Shown one piece after another: positions 1-8,673 of a stretch of DNA of 62,867 bases. Origin of the DNA: a virus (lineage: Duplodnaviria; Caudoviricetes); IMG/VR virus record IMGVR_UViG_3300032050_000130, positions 1 to 62,867 of that record; one strand, given 5' to 3'. Both the position numbers and the translations under genes were made by a program. Positions within the stretch are counted from its first letter, which is position 1. Every line of letters starts with the position of its first letter. Under the pieces are notes generated by a model, which saw only the letters and a program-made list of their open reading frames with translations, made no database searches and had not been told where the DNA came from.

Positions 1-715
1 CTTCTAATTCTCTTACTTTCTTTTGTACTGCTAAATATTTTACATACATTTTAGGTACGCCACCATATAAACCAGCTTCTTTAACTATTGATTCGTTAGG
101 TACACAATTTGGAACTTGTCTACCACCTTTATTTTTCATACCAACTTGCTTATATCCTTTCCAACAAGGTGAATCTTCTTTTACCAATGATTCGTTTGCA
201 GCTGATTGATAATCCTTTAACCATTTTTTATAATAGTTAATTAAATCTAAATTTACTGCTATTGATTTTTTAATATTTTCTTTTTTATTATTTGGTAAAC
301 TTTTAGTATGATTAAGATTTTGTAATAATAATTTATTTGTTTCTTCTAAATTTTTAATTAATTTTTCTAATCTATTCGTTTCTGAATCTTCGTTTACCAC
401 ACCTTCGTTTTGTCCGTATTCGTGATAGTTAGATGATGCTTGTGAAATAAAGTTTTCTGCATTAGTAATGTGGTCTTGAATCCAAGCCGGTATATCTTTT
501 TCATTCTCACCCATCTTTGCTTTTAATTCAGTTGCCATCTTAATGATAGTATCTAATGAATTGTTTGCCATAGAAACTTCGTGGTCTTCACCTTCTGCTT
601 CATTTACAGGCTTAAATGCACTTGCGTATGGATTAGAATAAACTTTACCATATTCAAATTTCTTATCACCCATAGTGAAAGAACCTTTTCCAGCTAAATC
701 AGTTAAACGAATCAT
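1..715 (-). CDS. Partial hypothetical protein (runs off the left edge); probable internal head protein
   Basis: Not in the ORF track. Translated by hand from the ATG at 715: MIRLTDLAGKGSF...VNEAEGEDHEVSMA...EDSPCWKGYKQVGMKNKGGRQVPNCVPNE..., open to base 1. It has the MIRL leader, repeated V/L-x-E sites, and a PCWKGY..VPNCV motif I recall from T4-like aquatic phage proteins. Confidence 0.75.
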   Translation of the reverse strand, partial: MIRLTDLAGKGSFTMGDKKFEYGKVYSNPYASAFKPVNEAEGEDHEVSMANNSLDTIIKMATELKAKMGENEKDIPAWIQDHITNAENFISQASSNYHEYGQNEGVVNEDSETNRLEKLIKNLEETNKLLLQNLNHTKSLPNNKKENIKKSIAVNLDLINYYKKWLKDYQSAANESLVKEDSPCWKGYKQVGMKNKGGRQVPNCVPNESIVKEAGLYGGVPKMYVKYLAVQKKVRELE

Positions 716-717
716 AA

Positions 718-1278
718 TTATTTCTTTTTCATTGCAAGTCTTTCTCTCATTACATCAGTTGGGATGTCAGAGATTTCATAATAACGATTTAAGATGTGAC
801 CCATATCTTCATATAAAGCATGTAATCTTTCATCCATTGCTTTTGCTTCTACTGAGAATTTATCAAATTGCTTACCCAACTTATCTAACTCACTCATATT
901 TCTTTTTACAGTTTGAGCATCAAACCAATCATCTGCTTCTCTTAATGATAATTCTTTTGCAGCTTCAACAATTCCACCCAATGTTTCCGCAACTTGAGTC
1001 ATATCCGAATTACGTTTCATTTGGTTTTGGAATGTATTATAAGTTGAAATAATTTCCAAAAAGTGTTTTTTAACTTCTAAAGAAAGTTTTCTATCAGTTT
1101 GTTGGTCTAAATTTTCTTTAATAGAAAACTTACCATTATTAATTTTTACTTCACTTAAAGCAGTTTTACGAATATCATTATATCCTTTAGCTACTTTAGT
1201 TACGTGCGTTGGTTCTTCAACTTTTAATTTGAATTTATTTTTATGCACATAATCGTATATGTCAAAATTCTTGCTCAT
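718..1278 (-). CDS. Hypothetical head-module protein
   Basis: 186-aa ORF tightly packed downstream of the prohead protease; helical C-terminal half. Confidence 0.75.
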   Translation of the reverse strand: MSKNFDIYDYVHKNKFKLKVEEPTHVTKVAKGYNDIRKTALSEVKINNGKFSIKENLDQQTDRKLSLEVKKHFLEIISTYNTFQNQMKRNSDMTQVAETLGGIVEAAKELSLREADDWFDAQTVKRNMSELDKLGKQFDKFSVEAKAMDERLHALYEDMGHILNRYYEISDIPTDVMRERLAMKKK

Positions 1279-1279
1279 T

Positions 1280-1873
1280 TTATGCTATTTCAGTTATTAT
1301 TTCTCTCATTAAATCCTGTGCCTTGCAGTATTCACCACACACATCAGTACCAATTTGTTTTAGTGGATTTACGGACTCATTCATTGGGACCATAAACGCA
1401 CCATGTGTAGATGGATTGGAAACAAAATCCCAACCAATCAATTCAAAATCTTCTTGTACTTCTACTTTGTTTCCACTCATAGGTCTAGTTGAACCCATAC
1501 CTCTTGATGAAATACCTAATAGGATGCCCGCTTTTAATAACTCTTTAAGAATATTACCAGATGGAGTTCCTAAAATTTCTACTGTCCCACAAAGGTCATC
1601 ACCTTCCCACCAAATCTCTCTGATATTGTGTGATACGTTCTTTAAGTTAATAACGGTAGAATCCGGATGGTCTAATTCACCCAATGCTCTACGTTCTTTA
1701 ATGAATGTTAAGTATTTCTTAGCTTCTCTTTCTAATATAGGTTTTGGATATACTCTGCCATTCTGGTTTTCAGCACCAGCTCTTTGTAAGACACCTTTAA
1801 CTAGGGTTCTTCCACCTTCATCTTCTCTTATCTTACCTTCAAATAAGTGTGTTTCTATTAAAAGTCCTTTCAT
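1280..1873 (-). CDS. Prohead core protease (T4 gp21-like)
   Basis: Motifs NQNGRVYP, ALGELDHP, NVSH, GTPSGNILK, GISSRGMGS and DFVSNPST are typical of T4 gp21-type proteases. Confidence 0.95.
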   Translation of the reverse strand: MKGLLIETHLFEGKIREDEGGRTLVKGVLQRAGAENQNGRVYPKPILEREAKKYLTFIKERRALGELDHPDSTVINLKNVSHNIREIWWEGDDLCGTVEILGTPSGNILKELLKAGILLGISSRGMGSTRPMSGNKVEVQEDFELIGWDFVSNPSTHGAFMVPMNESVNPLKQIGTDVCGEYCKAQDLMREIITEIA

Positions 1874-1874
1874 A

Positions 1875-2552
1875 TTACTTTATATTAGTTGATGATTCCA
1901 TTTTAGATTTAATCTTATTGGAAATCATACTTAATTGTGATTTATCCAATCCTAATCCATCAACAACTTTTGCTACTAATTGTAATTTTTGTGTTGGATT
2001 TAATTTAGTTGTAGTTATTTTACTAAGCGCTTGTGTTAATTTTTGAGTAATTGCAGAAGGAATTGGTGCAGTTGGTAATTCAGCTGATAAATTTTCATCC
2101 GTTTTACCGGCTCTTAAATCCGCTAAATCATCACCTTCGATATCACCATCCTTATCAACATCCAATTGCTTTTGCTTATCAGTAAGTGCTTCATTTTTAT
2201 CGCCCTTGCCATTCCAAGCAGAATCAATTTTATTAAAGAATGATTTCTTTTCATCATCACTCATTTGAGTAATAGGTTTACCAGCTTTTTCTAATGCTTT
2301 TTTAAAGAATGCTTGATATTCAGCTTCTTCAACCATTACTTCTTTAACCAATTCTTTTAGTCTTTCTTTTGATATAGTTTCTTTGTACATAGGTAATCCT
2401 TTATGTTTTGTTGATGCAAAATCTTTAGCATCTTTCTTTTTCATTGAATCTGCTGCTTTTTCAACTTCTTTAGATGGGGCTTCCATATCGCCTTTTTGTA
2501 CAGCATGGACCATACCCATAAATCGTTGTTGAGCTTTTGATTGTGCAGGCAT
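1875..2552 (-). CDS. Head-module protein with DUF3008-like N-terminus and an EF-hand-like loop
   Basis: N-terminal MPAQSKAQQRFMGMVHA..KG...MKKKDAKDFASTKHKGLP; LDVDKDGDIEGDDL resembles a Ca-binding loop. Confidence 0.7.
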   Translation of the reverse strand: MPAQSKAQQRFMGMVHAVQKGDMEAPSKEVEKAADSMKKKDAKDFASTKHKGLPMYKETISKERLKELVKEVMVEEAEYQAFFKKALEKAGKPITQMSDDEKKSFFNKIDSAWNGKGDKNEALTDKQKQLDVDKDGDIEGDDLADLRAGKTDENLSAELPTAPIPSAITQKLTQALSKITTTKLNPTQKLQLVAKVVDGLGLDKSQLSMISNKIKSKMESSTNIK

Positions 2553-2553
2553 A

Positions 2554-3117
2554 TTATAAAGTTCTTAATTTTTCAGTTATTCCCATTAACCTTTCTCTGA
2601 TTTTATATAACGATGCGTTTGTTCTTTTCCAGTAATCTTCTTTCTTAAGTCCATTTTCAGTCTTAATTTTAGAATACCAATTAACAAACTTCTCTATTTC
2701 AGAAAGTTGTTTGTGTATATTAGAAACACCTCTACCAACTTTTGATTTTGGTGAAGATTCTTCTCTTTTTAATTCTAACCAACGATTTTCATCTAAAATC
2801 ATACCACTAATATCTGCTATCTTCCCACCGTCTATATCTTTAGCAGCAGTTGGTTTGATTGGCAATGCTTCATCTTTACTAGCCGGTACATCTCCCAATG
2901 CCCAAGCTTTTTCACCTTCTTCTAAATTGTCCACCACAGTACCACCACTTACTTTTGCTAATCTATTATTTTTCTTTGCAGTTTGTCCTGGCTTTGAGAA
3001 TGCAGCTGGAGTATCATACCCTGCAACATTACCTGTTACTGACATTTCATCCAAAGATTTTTGAATGTTTCGTTCTCTAACGTATTTACGAATAGCTTCT
3101 TTAATTCTCGCTTCCAT
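2554..3117 (-). CDS. Hypothetical head-module protein
   Basis: 187-aa ORF overlapping its upstream neighbour by 1 nt; several L-x-E sites (SLDE, NLEE, ILDE). Confidence 0.75.
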   Translation of the reverse strand: MEARIKEAIRKYVRERNIQKSLDEMSVTGNVAGYDTPAAFSKPGQTAKKNNRLAKVSGGTVVDNLEEGEKAWALGDVPASKDEALPIKPTAAKDIDGGKIADISGMILDENRWLELKREESSPKSKVGRGVSNIHKQLSEIEKFVNWYSKIKTENGLKKEDYWKRTNASLYKIRERLMGITEKLRTL

Positions 3118-3986
3118 TATTTTACTTTAGATTTAAGTTCTTTAATTAGCTCGTAAGAAAGCATAATAGATGAAACTTGTCCATCAGATACAGTTTTTCC
3201 AATTTTCATTTTTTCTAAAACGGAAATAGTTTCTGATAATTTAATTTGTGTAACTTTATCTTTTAGTTTTGATTTAATACCATTTAATTCAGAAATTATG
3301 TTTGGTAATTCTTTTCCAACATAATCTATGAATTTTGTAGTATTTGAGATGTTGTTTATATACTCTTTCAACAAATTCTTTTGAGAATCATCTAAATTTG
3401 TGTATTTTTTGTTGAAAGTTTCTACTAGAATCTTATAGGTAAGTAATCGTAGGTCTTTGTCTTGTTGTTTATAGGTTTCAATCAACTTCTTATCTTCCGT
3501 TGGTTGCGCTTTTATAGCGGGCTTTGAAGTGATATTTTCAATTAGGGTAATTTTAGAATTAAAGATATCTTTAATATCATATCCTTCTGCTCTTTTAGAT
3601 TCAAATACTTTGTATATAGAAGCTAGTACTTTATAGTTAGAAATAGGGGATGATAGGAATTGTTCAATTTCAAATTTTGCCGAAATTTCTTTAATAAGAT
3701 TAAATTTTTCTTTAGAAAGTGTATTCTGGTTTAATTTAGCATGTGCATCACATACGGTTTCCACCAATCTATCTGCTTTTGTTTCAGAATTATATTTTTC
3801 TTTTAATAATATATCATAAAGGCGTAATTCTTTATTTAACTCCGTATTTGGAGCAAAGAACTCTTTTACGATTTTTTTAGCGTTTTCAGTCTTATCGCCG
3901 TTAAGAACTTCCAATGTTATTTGTCTTACTAAAAGCTCAAATAACACTCCAGTATTCTTAAACTTGGAATGTTTAATTTTTTTCAT
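3117..3986 (-). CDS. Hypothetical protein downstream of the portal
   Basis: 289-aa Lys-rich ORF preceded by the ATATTTATA motif. Confidence 0.8.
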   Translation of the reverse strand: MKKIKHSKFKNTGVLFELLVRQITLEVLNGDKTENAKKIVKEFFAPNTELNKELRLYDILLKEKYNSETKADRLVETVCDAHAKLNQNTLSKEKFNLIKEISAKFEIEQFLSSPISNYKVLASIYKVFESKRAEGYDIKDIFNSKITLIENITSKPAIKAQPTEDKKLIETYKQQDKDLRLLTYKILVETFNKKYTNLDDSQKNLLKEYINNISNTTKFIDYVGKELPNIISELNGIKSKLKDKVTQIKLSETISVLEKMKIGKTVSDGQVSSIMLSYELIKELKSKVK

Positions 3987-4052
3987 TTACTTACCCTATA
4001 TTTGTTCTACCCTATAAACTAACACATATAAATATAAACAAATTAATGTTTA

Positions 4053-5828
4053 TTAAATTTTTGTATCGTCTAATAGATTTTTTTCATCAAGCATACCCGA
4101 TTTTTCATTTAAAACCGTCTTTTTTGATGAAATTCCGTTTATATATTCTCTTGCTAACTTCTTAGCATTTGTATTTAAGTTCCTATCATCTCTTTTTCTC
4201 TCCTTGTGGTTTTCCTTATCTCCCAACGGGTCTCTACCGTATGGATGTTTATCTTTACCATAAGTGTTCCCTTCTCTAGGTCTACCAACTCCTCTATTTA
4301 ATTCGATTTCAGTTTTTAGTTTACTGATTTCTTCTTCTACGTTTGTTTGTTCTGGTGGATTTGCCGGGTCCTGTCCTTGTTGTTCAATTGATGTCTGTCT
4401 GAAACGGTCTTTGAGGTCTAATATTACTTTTGCTCTTTCAACATCCATTTCATCCTGGCTCATACCAAATATATTATGGTACGCCCAATCAGATGATAAC
4501 ATATTAAGTGCTTTCGCATCACTTGCTAATCTAACTTTTTCAGACCACAAATTAACTTTTTCTTGTTCGTAAATTGTAGAAGCGTTAGTTAAACTTAATT
4601 CAAAGTTTGTCATTTCTGAATCTTCAATACCTTGAGATGCCAAATGAACAACTGCAATTTTTGCTAATTCACTAACAACTGTACGTTGAATTCTTTCGAT
4701 AGTTCTTGCAAAACGAACATCTTCTGCAGCCAATGTAGCTTTACCATTAACGTTCTCATCGTAAGATAAGTAAGCCTTTGGTACTCTTAATGCTGCGAAT
4801 AACTTATGTTTTAAATAATCAATATCTTCAATTGCCGCATATTCTAATCCGCTAAGGTTATCAATAGTTGTACCACTATCACTACCACGAACAGGTAAGA
4901 AGAAATCTTCCGTAAGGTTTTGAATATTGTATTTTAAATTATAATCACCTGTGTTTTTATCAACAAATGGAGTTTTCTTCATTTTATTGATAATTTTTTG
5001 CATATAGTTATCTACTTCTGTTGGTGGAATATTACCGATATCTATTTTAAATATTCTTTTTTCAGGTGCTCTCATAATACGATGGATTAACATCGCATCT
5101 TCCATTAAAGATAATTGTTTCCAAATTCTTCTTGCACCTTCAATCATTCCTTTACCATATGGAAGGAAGTTAGTATCTGATAACATTCTAAAGTGAGCCA
5201 TTTCATACTGCTCATATTCTTTCTTACCAAAACGGTCTAATTCAACTTTATACTTTACATAATCAGGATTATTTGGGTCAGTACCCTCTAATCTTTCTAC
5301 ATTATATACAGAGTGTGGTGCTACATTAATAATACCTCTACCAGGCATAATTTCTAATGCAATAAAAGCATCTCCATATTTTACAAGGTTTCTAATCCAA
5401 GGCCATAGGTTAAATTCTATGTTCATTATATCGTAGAATAAATTATGAAGTATTTCTCTTACATTTTCATTCGTTGATTTAATTTGAATTACATCGCCAT
5501 ACTCATTCTTTGTGGTACTCTCATCCGCATATATATCTAATGCCGAAGATATGATAGGGTCTTGGTCCATAGCATCATAATCTCTAAAAAGTTCTCTACG
5601 AACTTGATGATATGCCATTGATTGTGCACCCTGTGTGGTTTCGTAATAAGACCTTTGTAATTTAGTATATCTATCTCTGAGGTTTACAAAGTTTGTATTA
5701 TGTTGACGGTCTTCAACATCCACAACTTTACGTCTACCATCTTTATCAACGGTTACGATTGCATTAGTTGAGAATAGTTTTTTAAGCCTCCCAAAGAAAC
5801 TCCTATCGTCTTGAAATTGTTCTGCCAT
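4053..5828 (-). CDS. Portal protein (T4 gp20-like)
   Basis: LMEDAMLIHRIMRAPEKRIFKIDIGNIP, EDFFLPVRG, DIDYLKHKLFAALRVP and EDVRFARTIERIQ match T4-type portal motifs. Confidence 0.95.
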   Translation of the reverse strand: MAEQFQDDRSFFGRLKKLFSTNAIVTVDKDGRRKVVDVEDRQHNTNFVNLRDRYTKLQRSYYETTQGAQSMAYHQVRRELFRDYDAMDQDPIISSALDIYADESTTKNEYGDVIQIKSTNENVREILHNLFYDIMNIEFNLWPWIRNLVKYGDAFIALEIMPGRGIINVAPHSVYNVERLEGTDPNNPDYVKYKVELDRFGKKEYEQYEMAHFRMLSDTNFLPYGKGMIEGARRIWKQLSLMEDAMLIHRIMRAPEKRIFKIDIGNIPPTEVDNYMQKIINKMKKTPFVDKNTGDYNLKYNIQNLTEDFFLPVRGSDSGTTIDNLSGLEYAAIEDIDYLKHKLFAALRVPKAYLSYDENVNGKATLAAEDVRFARTIERIQRTVVSELAKIAVVHLASQGIEDSEMTNFELSLTNASTIYEQEKVNLWSEKVRLASDAKALNMLSSDWAYHNIFGMSQDEMDVERAKVILDLKDRFRQTSIEQQGQDPANPPEQTNVEEEISKLKTEIELNRGVGRPREGNTYGKDKHPYGRDPLGDKENHKERKRDDRNLNTNAKKLAREYINGISSKKTVLNEKSGMLDEKNLLDDTKI

Positions 5829-5836
5829 AATTTATT

Positions 5837-6274
5837 TTACCATTTTCTACAAGACCAATATCTTGCTTTTGTTCTAGGACCTGGATTATCACAATTGTGT
5901 CTTGCTCTAAAATTAGCCCTTTTACCTGGATTATTTTTCTTAATCTTTACTCCTTTCTGACCAAAGTTTACTTTAATAACTTTACCAGTTGTAGGATTTT
6001 TAACATATACCTTAAATTTCTTTACATCACCTGCCATTGGTTTACCCAACTTAACCTCTCTACCTTGATATTCCGCTTCATAAACACAATTACATCCAGC
6101 TTCATCTAATGATTGTGAGTAAGATTTAAGATAATTTATAAAATCATCCATATCTTCTTGCTCTACATCCAATTCATCATAATCATCAATTGGATTATCC
6201 GCTGGCTGGTCTCCTTTAGAATATGCCTTATCTACATATTCATCTTCTTTTAGGATATTTGTTAATTTAATCAT
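5837..6274 (-). CDS. Hypothetical protein (probable internal head protein)
   Basis: Start moved to MIKLTNILKE at 6274, downstream of the promoter motif at 6306. The C-terminal EAEYQGREVKLGKP...NFRARHNCDNPG..ARYWSCRKW resembles conserved proteins of T4-like aquatic phages. Confidence 0.75.
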   Translation of the reverse strand: MIKLTNILKEDEYVDKAYSKGDQPADNPIDDYDELDVEQEDMDDFINYLKSYSQSLDEAGCNCVYEAEYQGREVKLGKPMAGDVKKFKVYVKNPTTGKVIKVNFGQKGVKIKKNNPGKRANFRARHNCDNPGPRTKARYWSCRKW

Positions 6275-6338
6275 TTTGGTTTGTTTTTGTATTTTGACAT
6301 ATACCATAAATATCACTATTTGTCAAAACACTACATTT

Positions 6339-7946
6339 TTATAACCATTGTGATAGGTCTTCAAAATCATCACCAATCCTCATTTTCCAAGGATTATCAT
6401 CTCTATCAGCAGGTCCATATACACCGGCATGCTGCATGTTAGATGAAATTCCACCAATCGCTCTCTTTGTAAGGTCAATTCCTTCCTGTCTTAAACGAAG
6501 TGCAGTATCTCTAACCCACAATCCAATACAAAATGCCATTGTTAAATCATCGTTATAACCCTTCATAGCTTCCGCTCTACCGTTCATAAAGATAAATGTA
6601 AATAATTCATCTATCAAACGATTGGAACGAACTACAACTGCTTTTTCTCTAAAATATTCATCTAATTTAGATACAATCAATGGTCTGGTCTTCGAAGTTG
6701 TTGAGAATCCGGCTACCATCTGTCTTTCATCGGCTCTATATTTGTTTCTCATTTGGTGTTCAATATCAACATACTTTAAATCCTTACTCATATAGAATAA
6801 GTTTTTATATGCTCTATCAATTACCTGCTGAATACAAGCCCAACCAATGTTTGCGTTCTCTATTACAAGTAAAGCATCATTATATTGTGTAGATAATTCA
6901 ACTAAAAAGTTTCCAAAATCTTTTGTATCAACCTTACCTCTATATTCTGCAACCTGTGTACAAGTATTTATTTCCATAACATGAGCGGCTGAATAATCCG
7001 AACCATCACCTCTGGCCACATCGGCGATTACCATATAAGAACCACCGGCAGTTGGATATTCCCATCTCCAAAGGTTTCCATCAAACCCTGTTTTTTCCAT
7101 TGGGTCTTGACAAAATGATTCTTTATAAAACATTAACAACTCTGGATCGATTACTGTATCACCCGAAGATACGAAGTCACAATCGCATTCCTGTGCCGCT
7201 TTCTTTGCACCTAATAATTTCTCTTGTTCATCTCTCCATTGTTGTCCTCTTTCAGGATGTACAGTCCAATGCAATCTAATTGTATTAAACGGATTAGTAC
7301 CTTCTTCTGCATTTAACCAAGTTTTGTGAAACCAGTTACCCACACCATTAGGAGTAGAAAGTGCAATACAACTACCACCCGTTGATAGTGTTGATTGTGC
7401 CGCTACCCAAATCTCATCGATATCATCAATGAAAGCAGCCTCATCAAATATAAGAAGTGATAATGCTTCCGAACGTCCTGCATCAGGAGAAGAAGCAATC
7501 GCTTTAATTTGAGAACCATTATGTAAACGAAGGGAAAGTTTATTATCTTCCAAAGAACCACCTTTTAACCAACTAGGAAGTAATTCATGCATTACTCTTA
7601 CCTTTGTTACTAAGTTCTTTGCTACATCTTGCTTTGTTGCAATAACCAATACGTTGAAATCGGTATTGAATAACATTTTCCAAAGTGCATATCCCGCAGA
7701 TAAAGTTGATATACCAGTTTGACGTGATTTTAGGACTATATTAAATCTATTTCCTGCAAATTGCGTTAATGTACTTTCCTGAAATGGGAAAAGGTGAAAA
7801 GGTATCTTACCTCTCACCGGGTGTTGAATCATACAATACTTTTTCATAAAGTGTATCGGGTCAGTTGCACACTTTTTGTATTCTTCAGCGATAATCTCTT
7901 TTAAAGATTTCTTTTGTGTTATTCCAGTTCCAGCCATATTAATCAA
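6339..7946 (-). CDS. Terminase large subunit (T4 gp17-like)
   Basis: Walker A-like KSRQTGIST, Walker B LLIFDEAAF, coupling motif STPNG, nuclease ADVARGDGSDYS and the C-terminal NDDLTMA. Confidence 0.95.
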   Translation of the reverse strand: MINMAGTGITQKKSLKEIIAEEYKKCATDPIHFMKKYCMIQHPVRGKIPFHLFPFQESTLTQFAGNRFNIVLKSRQTGISTLSAGYALWKMLFNTDFNVLVIATKQDVAKNLVTKVRVMHELLPSWLKGGSLEDNKLSLRLHNGSQIKAIASSPDAGRSEALSLLIFDEAAFIDDIDEIWVAAQSTLSTGGSCIALSTPNGVGNWFHKTWLNAEEGTNPFNTIRLHWTVHPERGQQWRDEQEKLLGAKKAAQECDCDFVSSGDTVIDPELLMFYKESFCQDPMEKTGFDGNLWRWEYPTAGGSYMVIADVARGDGSDYSAAHVMEINTCTQVAEYRGKVDTKDFGNFLVELSTQYNDALLVIENANIGWACIQQVIDRAYKNLFYMSKDLKYVDIEHQMRNKYRADERQMVAGFSTTSKTRPLIVSKLDEYFREKAVVVRSNRLIDELFTFIFMNGRAEAMKGYNDDLTMAFCIGLWVRDTALRLRQEGIDLTKRAIGGISSNMQHAGVYGPADRDDNPWKMRIGDDFEDLSQWL

Positions 7947-8622
7947 TAGGAGGTTTTACTAAATCGTAACCCTTATCTTTTAATTTATCCCAAGCCTCAT
8001 TTCTTAATTGTACTGCCTGTTGGATTTCTCCTTCAAATTTTGTAATATCTGCAAGTATTTCTGCTTTAAGTTCATTAACATCCCTTTCCATACTCCACTT
8101 TTCAAGCTTGCCATCTTCTTGTACAACTTCATATTCTTGTTTAGCATCATTATAAGCCTGTTTAAATTGTGATATCACATCCTTACCATAAGAAATCATA
8201 TTATTATATACCTTATAATCTTCGTATGCTTCCCACAACCCATCTACTTTAATACGAGTCTCTCGTTTAGCCAAACACTCCGTGCAATATCCTGTTTTTG
8301 ATACTAGCTTTTTATCAATTCTACCTAATTTAATTGTTTTACAATCATCGGCTTTGCAACTATTTAATCTATCTAAATACGCTCTCGTTTCAGCCATTAT
8401 ATCACCCAATTCGGATACTTCTATTTTACCAGCCTCATATTGCTCCCAAGATTTACCATTTTCATCTGTCCATCTTTCGCCAACCTTTCTTTTTACTTGT
8501 TGTTTATCTGCTCCTGAAAATGATATCTGTGTGTTCTTTTCATATTCACCACCAGTCAATACCATATCCACCAACTTTCTACGTGTTGGATGCATAAACT
8601 TTTTATTGAATTCCCTTGTCAT
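7939..8622 (-). CDS. Hypothetical protein with two Cys pairs, coupled to the terminase
   Basis: 227-aa ORF overlapping the terminase start; CKADDC and CTEC. Confidence 0.75.
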   Translation of the reverse strand: MTREFNKKFMHPTRRKLVDMVLTGGEYEKNTQISFSGADKQQVKRKVGERWTDENGKSWEQYEAGKIEVSELGDIMAETRAYLDRLNSCKADDCKTIKLGRIDKKLVSKTGYCTECLAKRETRIKVDGLWEAYEDYKVYNNMISYGKDVISQFKQAYNDAKQEYEVVQEDGKLEKWSMERDVNELKAEILADITKFEGEIQQAVQLRNEAWDKLKDKGYDLVKPPID

Positions 8623-8673
8623 ATTACTTACAATATATTTGTATATATAAGTATATCAAAATTCAAAAAACGA

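Noticed and set aside
6339-7946. Intron or intein in the terminase (or portal, primase)
   Set aside because: Lengths are normal and the motifs are contiguous; no intein or homing-endonuclease insertion is visible.
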